A stretch of DNA of 64,000 nt from Octopus vulgaris (taxonomy: Eukaryota), in the NCBI GenBank assembly GCA_951406725.2, contig OX597816.1, positions 164,052,001-164,116,000 of the forward strand, in the 5' to 3' direction. Below, piece after piece: positions 53,955 through 64,000 of this stretch. The position numbers and the translations under genes were made by a program. Every line of letters starts with the position of its first letter. Positions within the stretch are counted from its first letter, which is position 1. The notes under the pieces were generated by a model. That model was not told the DNA's origin and made no database searches. It saw only the letters and a list, made by a program, of their open reading frames with translations.

Positions 53955-54265
53955 GTGGAGGCGCAATGGCCCAGTAGTTAGGGCAGCGGACTCGCGGTTG
54001 GAGGATCGCGGTTTCGATTCCCAGACCGGGCGATGTGTATGTTTATTGAGCGAAAACCCCTAAAGCTCCACGAGGCTCCGGCAGGGGGTGGCGACCCCTG
54101 TTGTACTCGTTCGCCCAAACTTTCTCTCACTCTCTCTTCCTGTTTCTTGAGTAACACTGCGATGGACTGGCGTCCTGTCCAGCTGGGGGGAACACATACG
54201 CCACAGAAACCGGAAAACCGGGTCCATGAGCCTGGTTAGGCTTGAAAAGGATGCATAAATAAAAT
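53955..54265 (+). mobile_element. SINE family C, tail type 2
   Basis: Head as in 35485-35793; different 3' part GCGATGGACTGGCGTCCTGTCCAG...GAAACCGG with an (AAAAT)n tail. Confidence 0.85.
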
Positions 54266-54716
54266 AAATAAAAATACTCCGCGTTACAATTAATTCACCA
54301 AAGAAATCTCTGGTCTTGTCCCTACCTCACAAATCTTTTTTTTTTTTAACATTTGGACATTACTCTGTAATCAAATAGGCTGAAGGGTCGCGGGTGAAAA
54401 GTCTTTGATTATAGATATCATAAAAGGGATGGCGAATCTGGGGGTTAAAGAGCAATAGGTATATATCTACACATAAATACATGTACGTAATACATACATA
54501 TATATTAAAACACACAACCACACACGTGTAGAAGTGCGTTTGTATTTTTCTCTAAGAATACCGAGGAAGTGTGTCGATTGTATTGCGCAATCTGGACAAT
54601 TGCCTTGCTTAATTATGACAATTGCTTTACCGAAACACCTATATGTTACATAAAACAATTACGCATTTGGTGTCTAATATGACTATATATATATATATTA
54701 ATTGCGCGTGTGTAAT

Positions 54717-54763
<47 letters not shown>

Positions 54764-55529
54764 TGCTTATAAAAGTGAGCAAGTATAAAGAGAAGTTAAT
54801 TTAGACCAGGAGTTAAAACATTTATTTGATGTAACACAATTATTCATACACAGACAGCCATTCTTTGTAGGTTTCAAGAAAAATTTCTACAATTTTCGGA
54901 CCTAATAACAAATGAATTTTTCAAACTGGTAGATATCGTGTGAGATGAGAATGTTTGAGAAAAATAGGGCCAAGTTAATTGCAATCCGAAAAGGGAATTG
55001 TTTGGGCCAGCGGTTTGGATGATGTAAGATAAATAAACACGAGATTAAAATTAATTTAACGATTATTGTAAAGAATGTTCTAAAAGGATTCTCAGCAAAA
55101 CCATAATGTTCGGAAGTTCATCGTCTGTTGGAAAGCGGTGATAATGCTTGAGGGAAAGTCTTAAGGTTATGAATATAACGTTTCATAGAAAATAATTTTT
55201 AATAAAGGGATAAGTTGGGGAAACTGGAGATGGTGAGAGAGAAATAAAAACAAAAGAAAGGAGGAAAGAAAGACTAGAGTAAGTGGGAAACGTGTTTAGA
55301 AGAAAAAAAGTGGAAGGAGAGGTGAAGAAAGAATGAAGAATGAAATAAATGAAAGGTGGTTTGCGGTGGTCTGGAGACTGGACTTTCCAGTTAGTGAATT
55401 AGTGAACATGAACTTGTTCACGTGAAACCATCTTGTGAAGATTTCATCTTTGGAGTTGAGTTATACAAAAACATGGAAGTCTTTCCCAAAAGAAAGCTCC
55501 GTGTGTGTGAGTGAGTGAATGTGTGTGTT

Positions 55530-55594
<65 letters not shown>

Positions 55595-55875
55595 ATTTCC
55601 TCACCGTGGTTGCTATCTAAATTCCAGCGATTGAGTTTTATTCGAAAACCAGCTACTTATAGGAAGAAATCAAATAATTAGAAAGACACGTATGCTCACA
55701 CACACGCACACACACACACACACACACACTTACAACCCATAGACGAGATTGAGCTAAGTACCTTCCAAACAGCCACTAGCCAATCTTTTTTCATTTTCCC
55801 CTCTAAAAACAACGCAAGTCTTCATTCTGAAAGCAACCAATATCTCTCAATATAAACTCAATCAATCAATCAATC

Positions 55876-56035
<160 letters not shown>

Positions 56036-56264
56036 TATCAATGTTATTATTATTATTAATACTACTATTATTATTATTATTATTGCTGTTCTCGATATTT
56101 ATAGAATTTTTATCGATTCTTCTCAGCTATTATTAATAATTTTCTTGGGTTTATTATCATAATATTAATAATATAAAGAATTGTTATTGCTGTTATTGCA
56201 GCTGTTGTTGTTGTTGTTTTCGTTATTGTTCTGCTAGAAATTCTTATTAATGTTGCAAAACATG

Positions 56265-56295
<31 letters not shown>

Positions 56296-56329
56296 AGTTT
56301 TATGGTCGTTGACGCTGTTGCTGCTACAG

Positions 56330-56471
56330 AAAGATGTCGATGGCAGAGATGATGATGATGATGATGACAGAAGTGTCAGTGAAGATGATGATGATGATGA
56401 TGATGATAAAAAGGAGAAGGATGGTGACGGTGTTAGTAATGATGATGCTGGTGTTAGTGGTGGGAGTAATG

Positions 56472-56503
<32 letters not shown>

Positions 56504-56594
56504 GGTGGTGGTTGTTGTAGTAGATTTTTAGAGTGAATGACGGTGTTGGTGCTGCTGCTGTTATTAATGATGATGATGAGGATGGTGATGATGT

Positions 56595-56641
<47 letters not shown>

Positions 56642-57175
56642 GGAGAGGTGGAGGCGGCGGCGGTTTTTTGACTATTATTATTGGAAGGATGAAGTGGAAG
56701 ATGAGAGTGGTGGCGGAGGTGGTGACGATTATGATGATGATGATGAAGTGGAGGATGAGGAAGGTGAGGATGGCGGCGATGATGACGGTGTTGGTACTGC
56801 TGCTGTTATTAGTGATGATGATGATGATGTTGATGATGATGATTATGATGATGATGAGGAGGAGGAGGAGGATTGGAGAGGTGGTGGAGGCGGCGGTTTT
56901 TGATTATTATTATTATTGGAAGGAATGAAATGGAAGATGAGAGTGGTGGCGGAGGTGGTGACGATTATGATGATGATGAAGTAGAGGATGAGGAAGGTGA
57001 GGATGGCGGCGATGATGATTATGGTGACGATGATGATGATGATGGTTTGGGGTAGGAGTAGGAAGGTGAGGATGGCGGCGATGATGATTATGGTGACGAT
57101 GATGATGATGATGATGATGATGGTTTGGGGTAGGAGTAGGAAGGTGAGGATGGCGGCGATGATGATTATGGTGAC

Positions 57176-57206
<31 letters not shown>

Positions 57207-57240
57207 GTTTGGGGGTAGGAGTAGGGGTGGCGGCAATTAT
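56330..57240. repeat. (GAT)/(GGT)-rich low-complexity region with nested tandem duplications
   Basis: A ~245-bp unit is repeated at ~56537 and ~56783, followed by three ~60-70-bp units starting AGGAAGGTGAGGATGGCGGCGATG. Confidence 0.85.
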
Positions 57241-58852
57241 GACGATCACGATGACGATGCTTTGCTTTGCTTTGCTTTGCTTAGCTTTTATTATAAACAG
57301 CAGAACAAAATATTGAACTATTTTGTCTGTTCATCAGCGTGAACAACCATTTATACACACTCAGCCATTATCTCTTTCTTTGATATTGCAGAATGTTTTC
57401 CTGCTGACAAACCAGCAGCAGCAACAGCAGTAGCCTAACAAACACACACACACACACACACAGACACACACATATATATCCACGTACATACATACACACA
57501 TGGTTAGATGTATACGCATACACACACACACAGAGGCAAAGCAGAGAAAATCGTGTCACACACACTGGCGCTCGTACCCACACACATACAGACGGAAGTA
57601 TGCGTGTATACACATGTGCACAAACACAAATGCAACCATAAACACACAAACATAGAATCATATATAGATGGATGGATGCATACAAGCTCTCTCTCCCTCT
57701 CTCTCTCTCTCTCTCACGCGCGCGCACGCATACAGTCATACACACACTCACGATGGGGAAAACGCCCCACTTTTATACAGGAAAAAAAAGGAAACAATCA
57801 ACAAAAATATAAAATATATAAAAAATATATATAATAAAAACGAAGAAATTATGAAATATATAAACAATAAAACAGCTAAATATATATAAAAAAAATATAT
57901 TATAAAAATATGGAAAATATAACAAAAAAGTATAAAATATATGAAATGCATAATAAAAACAACGGTTATGAAATATAAAATAGGTATAAAAACAATGCAC
58001 AAGTGTGATGTATAAAGTAAAAAAAAAAAAATGGAATATATATATAATAAAATAACAAGAAAAGTATAAAATATGTATCAAATATATAGTAAAAAAAAAA
58101 CAAAGATATAAATATGGAATATATAAAATTAAAATATATAACAAAAGTAAATAAATGTATAAGAAAAATATAAATAAAATTTATGACGTAAAACTATCTG
58201 AAGGTAATTTTAAAATGTATGAAATGAAAATATATTTATGATTGAAAAATAATATAAACGATAACAGAAAAAAAAAACGTTGAAATTAAAATATCATAAA
58301 TTACGTTTTTAATAGTGTGTTAGTGGTGGGGGAGAGTGGGGGGAGGTGAGGTTGTTCTTGTTTTTTTTTTTGTTTGTTTATTTAATGTGGGTAAAAAAAA
58401 AAAAATTCCTTGTAGAAGGCAATAGAAGGCCCCAACCATCCGACGCAACTGCCGGCGTGACTTTGATTCGTAAAAGATTTATATTTAAGTCGTGGGAGTG
58501 AATCAAAATATGTCGTAGGTGTGGCAGAGCGAGCGAGTAGAAGGGGAAGAAGAAGCGGGGTGGGGGTGTATGGTGGGGGCTGGGTGAAGCGGAGAGGAAG
58601 TGGTGGGGGAGGATGCGAGATCGAATTCGATGTTATGTGTAGCTGGAAGGAAAGCTTATTGTCAACTAAGGACTACATCATCTCTCTCTCTCCCTTTCTC
58701 TCTCTCCCTCTCTTTATGTATGTGTTTCTCGCCTTCGTCGGACAAGGACGTGTAACCCGAAATGTCGAAGTCGCGGTCAACCATTTCATCGTAAAAGTTT
58801 AAGAAACGTGTACTCAACATTGAGCAATCCCTCACTTTTCTTTTAACTTCTC

Positions 58853-58885
<33 letters not shown>

Positions 58886-58932
58886 ACGTAAAAGCTATGT
58901 TTGTGTGTGTGTGTGCCTGCCTCTGTGTGTAT

Positions 58933-59078
58933 GTGTTTCAGTCATTTGACTGCAGCCATGCTGGGGCACTGCCATTAGTCGAGCAAATTCAACCCCAGGT
59001 CTTATTCTTTGTAAGCCTAGTACTTATTCTATCGCCCTCTTTTGCTGAACACACCAGCATCGGTTGCCAAGCGATGTA

Positions 59079-59130
<52 letters not shown>

Positions 59131-59203
59131 TATATACGACGGGTGCCACGCAGTGGAACTGAACCTAGAACCACGTGGTTATTAAGCAAACCTCTCCTGC
59201 GCC
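58933..59203 (-). mobile_element. SINE family A with internal deletions
   Basis: Head and tail both recognisable on the reverse strand. Confidence 0.8.
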
Positions 59204-59249
59204 TAATATGTGTGTGTGTGTTTGTATGTATGCATGTATGTTTTAAAAG

Positions 59250-59561
59250 ACTCCGCCGGTTACGACGACGAGGGTCCCAGCTGATACGATCAACGGAACA
59301 GCTTGCTCGTGAAATTAACGTGCAAATGGCTGAGCATTCCACAGACACGTGTACCCTTAACTTAGTTCTCGGGGATAATCAGCGTGACACAGAGAGTGAC
59401 AAGGCTGACCCTTTGAAATACAAGTACAACTCATTTTTGCCAGCTGAGTGGACTGGAGCAACGTGAAATAAAGTGTCTTGCTCAAGGACACAACGCGTCG
59501 CCGGGAATCGAACTCACAACCTTACGATCATGAGCCGAATGCCCTAACCACTAAGCCACGC
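59250..59561 (-). mobile_element. SINE family D, full length
   Basis: The reverse strand reads GCGTGGCTTAGTGGTTAGGGCATTCGGCTCATGATCGTAAGGTTGTGAGTTCGATTCCC (tRNA-like), then GTGTCCTTGAGCAAGACACT. Confidence 0.88.
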
Positions 59562-59634
59562 ATGTATGTATTATGCATGTATGTATTATGCATGTATGTA
59601 TATATGCAGACAAGCATGCATGCATGCATTTAAG

Positions 59635-59830
59635 TCGGCGAACTAGCAGAATGGTTACCGCACCGGGAAAAATGCTTAGCGGCATTTCGTCCCGTTTTTA
59701 CGTTCAAATTTCGTCGAAGTTGATTTTGCTTTTCATCATTTCTGGCTTGATATCACTAGGACTATTTGATATCACTAGGGTCGATGTAATCGACTTCCCC
59801 ACTCTCCAAAACTTATTGATTTCAAATTTT
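59635..59830 (+). mobile_element. SINE family B, diverged
   Basis: CGGCGAACTAGCAGAA..AAATGCTTAGCGGCATTTCGTCC. Confidence 0.75.
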
Positions 59831-60162
59831 GGCTGTAAGGACTTCTGGTAACTTGACTGAGGAAAAAAGGCCACGAATGACCCGTCTTTTTTTTGCCTGT
59901 TCCTCTTGCTTGTTCTTTCTCCTGTTCGCCTTTGTTTCGTCTATTTGCCCAAATGCTTTATCATCCTCTTTTTGCGTTTTTGTTCCATTTTTTATATAGG
60001 TGGGATTTACCCATTAACACATACATGCATGTATGCATATGTATATCAGTGTATGTGTATAAATATATGTATGTTTATATATATGTATGTATACATATAT
60101 ACATTGGTGTATGTCTGTGTTTATACGTACATATATCAATAATAAATTGTTAATATATATCG

Positions 60163-60219
<57 letters not shown>

Positions 60220-60796
60220 CTAGTATATTACATATTTACAAAAGATGACTATATTGTCGATTAAACACAGTCCAAAGCATAACACATATGCTGACTGACC
60301 GAAGTATGAAGTGTAATATCTACCCGCATGTTATCCGGAACTCAACGAGAAAATTCGGAAATAAATACAAATATCTTTGTAGCGAACGGATACCGTAGAT
60401 GGGCGAGAAGAGAGTACGAACACAAACATGAGTAATAGATCTTTCAATATGAAGCGCTATTACGTTATCAACACGAGCAGTGTGCATTTTTAGCTGTTTT
60501 CAGCAAACACTGGGAGAAAGGTGAATACCATGGTAATACCACGAAGTGCTGTATCGAATTTTTCGCTCTTGAGCATTAATTAAGTTTGTCAATGCGTGTG
60601 TACCTTTGCGTGACTATATGTGTGTATGATTGTGTGCGTGTGTGTATGTGCATCGTTGTGTATGCATATGTATATATTTCTTTGTGCGTGAGTGCATTTT
60701 GGAATGGTCTGTAAAATGTTATGTAAGCTAAATGTTACCTTACACTTACAAAGAGTTTATGGATATTTCCTATGCGATCATATTTTATAGCACGCT

Positions 60797-60832
<36 letters not shown>

Positions 60833-61479
60833 CCTCCCCCTCTCTTACTCTCTTCCGGATACGCACCTAACCCATATGTCGACACATAAATACACGAACA
60901 CATACGTACACGCATTAATATATACACAACAGTTCTTTTTTTTTCTTTGCTTTCCTTTGCTTTAACATGTATACCTGACGTATTGCATCATATACAGTAT
61001 ACCAGAAATACTGTTTGTGCTGTTGGTTATGTTTAGCCCCCGGTAAACTCTGAGCCAGTAAAAACACAATCAAAGTGTTGTCCTTTGGCGACTCATCCCA
61101 ACTGCAGATATTAGTTGCATAATTAAATTATCAAATGTGCTTTGATTCTTCTTTTTTAAAGATAAAATACGTTGTTTAAAGGGTACTTAACTGCTATCTC
61201 TAGTAACCATGCTAAGGCACTTCATGGATTTAACTGTTGACGTCGTCGGGATACATATTGATAGACGAGTACTGATACAGCAATATTAATGGTAGACGAG
61301 GTTTGTTGTTGAGGACTTTCTATATAACTAGTACCGACGTTATTGATCTTCAGAAATATAAAAGGCAAATTTAAAAACAGATTTCACCACAGCATATCAA
61401 ATGCAAAACGTTTCCTTCATAACTCTATAGATTCTCTCATTCGCTGGACTGACATAGCTGTCGTCTTGAATTTGTTCCA

Positions 61480-61605
61480 ACTGTCGGTCCCTTGCGCCGA
61501 ACCGTTAGCTAAGGTACATAAACACACCAACATCGGTTGTAAGTAGTGGGGGGAGACAAACACACGCACACACACATACATACATACCTATATATATATA
61601 CATAC

Positions 61606-61660
<55 letters not shown>

Positions 61661-61875
61661 TATGCATATATATAAGTATGTATATATACATGTATATATG
61701 TACGTATGTATATATACATATATGTGTATATACATATATATATATGTATGTATATATACATATATATATATATGTATATATACATACATGTATATATATA
61801 TATGTATATATACGTACATGTATATATATATATATGTATATATACATACATGTATATATATATATGTATATATAC

Positions 61876-61908
<33 letters not shown>

Positions 61909-62015
61909 TGGTCTATCAAGGCTTTGATAGAAGACATTTGCCATGAAGTGGGACTGAACTACGAACCATGATGTAATTGGGAAGCAAACGTTTTGTCATA
62001 CAGCCACTCCTATGC
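61480..62015 (-). mobile_element. SINE family A, diverged, with expanded internal microsatellite
   Basis: GCCGAACCG..ACACCAACATCGGTTG and GAAGACATTTGCC..GTGGGACTGAAC on either side of a ~350-bp TA-rich tract. Confidence 0.7.
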
Positions 62016-62407
62016 AGATTCCGTCTACGAAATTCATTCATTAAGCACAGGTGGTTCTAGGGCATTAGCAAAAGATACTTACCCAAGGTGCCACGTAGTG
62101 GAAAAAACCCACACAGTTGCCGGCATTGGCGCACGAACAATGACATATGTAGAGCTATTGTGAGAGCCATTGCATTAACTGACGGTTTGTATGTGTGTGT
62201 CTTTAGTATAGATTGCAATATGTGTAACAAAGTATTTGTTATGATGTGGGCAAACAAAGGTAAGATTGTTCGCAGCTTCTACTTCAGCAACTCGAATAAT
62301 CATGACAGCATTCACTCTGTGTTCGGTTGACCTGATTCAGTTGTATATAATAGGGTTTAAACACACACACACATCTGTATGTGCATGTGTGTGTGTGTGT
62401 GTATATA

Positions 62408-62460
<53 letters not shown>

Positions 62461-62521
62461 ATATGTATATATATATATATATATGTATGTATAAATATGT
62501 GCATATATGTATGTGTACATG

Positions 62522-62560
<39 letters not shown>

Positions 62561-62799
62561 GTATGTGCATTTATATATATGTATATGAATTCATATACAT
62601 GTATATATATATATATATATGTGTGTACATACGTATTGTATAATATATGCAACATCCTACATGTATTTTTACTTTTTTTAAAATTCTCTTATTTCCCTTT
62701 ATACTTCCTATATCAATCCCAAATCGCTATCTCCAAAACCTTTCTTTAGTTCTCTGTTTATTTCATCGTGTTCCTTTCTGAAAGAAGCCCGTCGTATAT

Positions 62800-62846
<47 letters not shown>

Positions 62847-63170
62847 ACGAGCTTGTTTCATTTCCGTCCACCAACTCCACTCAAAAGGCTTTGAGAAGAT
62901 GGATTGAATATATTTTATTACTATCACTGCGATTGCTGATGTCTCGAAACAATTGTGCTATATAATAAAGTATGTTCAGACCGTCTTCTCTTAATAAATA
63001 GTTTTGAATAAACTCCACGGATATTCAAAGTTTTCCACTTGTGTGTTCAGTGACAGAAGTTTCACTGTATATATTAGCATTCGGTACCCGATACCCAGAG
63101 GAGATTTAGAAAGCGCTGTATAGAATTCTTTCAGCCACATTATTTTAAAATTACATACAAACATTTGATA

Positions 63171-63239
<69 letters not shown>

Positions 63240-63432
63240 ACGCACATGCATTGAACGTGATCTAGTTATTCTGTCCCATTTAACGCTATTAATTCGCGCT
63301 AGGTCAGGCAGTACTTTCTGCATGCTTGCAATGGTTACATAATTTACATAACACGCTCGCATATTCAAATACGGCTAAACGGTTTTGTATAAATACGTGT
63401 GTATATATACATGTATCTCTCCCTCCTTCTCT

Positions 63433-63488
<56 letters not shown>

Positions 63489-63580
63489 CATATGTATATA
63501 CGCACCAACACACACATTTGTTTAAGAATGATAAATTTGAACAAACACATTTGTATGAGGGCATGATTTTGTATGTGACG

Positions 63581-63670
<90 letters not shown>

Positions 63671-64000
63671 TAGTGATCTCACACGGTGAAAGTGATTATG
63701 TAAATTTCTTAAACCCACTTCAGTCTTGCTACAACTTTCAAAAAAAAAAAAAAAAAACCGTTGTGTGGGCGTGTCGGAGTTAAAGTCTTAAAAATATATT
63801 TCATATCTTGACGTTTCTGGGCTCAAATCCCAATATCATCTTCTTACCTCTTTTTACTTTTCATTTTTTTTCCCTCCTTTTTTTAAATCCAAGCCCCTCT
63901 CCTCTATATTTTGCCACATACCCTCAAATCTGTTATATTTCTGTCTACCCTACCTTCTGCTCCACTTCGTTATACGACCTCACTTTAGGGTATCTACTCT

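Noticed and set aside
57770-58300. Extremely A-rich tract with F/Y/I-rich ORFs
   Set aside because: Low-complexity sequence with no recognisable mitochondrial or nuclear protein motif.
59490-59561. tRNA-Met-like gene (CAT in the anticodon position)
   Set aside because: The acceptor stem does not pair and the sequence continues into a SINE body.
61343-61420. GKFKNRFHH peptide resembling a PLE endonuclease segment
   Set aside because: Too short and degenerate to call without a database search.
62931-62960. CTGATGTCTCGAAACAATTGTG hammerhead-like string
   Set aside because: A9 is missing, there is no stem II, and GUG is not a cleavable triplet.

Overview
AT-rich, microsatellite-saturated eukaryotic genomic DNA. 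The dominant tRNA-derived SINEs, the Penelope-like element (PLE) remnants and the (TA)n/(CA)n/(TAA)n density point to a coleoid cephalopod, most likely Octopus (inference from recognised repeat families). Almost every entry in the ORF track is a microsatellite artefact. Host content I can support is one probable first coding exon (46732-47020, +, poly-Ala/Pro/Ser-rich, unidentified) and one tRNA-Glu(TTC) gene (12184-12255, -). Mobile elements include a young inverted PLE pair with a GIY-YIG endonuclease ORF (14263-16117) and a decayed PLE reverse transcriptase. There are also R4/Dong, RTE, Tc1, mariner, hAT, piggyBac and Helitron remnants and at least four SINE families. The most notable observations are (1) an ~18-unit array at 4232-4840 in which TGGATTA (TAATCC, a K50-homeodomain-type site, on the other strand) recurs every ~31 bp between highly variable spacers; (2) more than ten hammerhead-ribozyme-like motifs, including an apparently intact type I hammerhead at 29583-29703 and a sense-strand intronic candidate at 49716-49771; and (3) long foldback structures able to form dsRNA.
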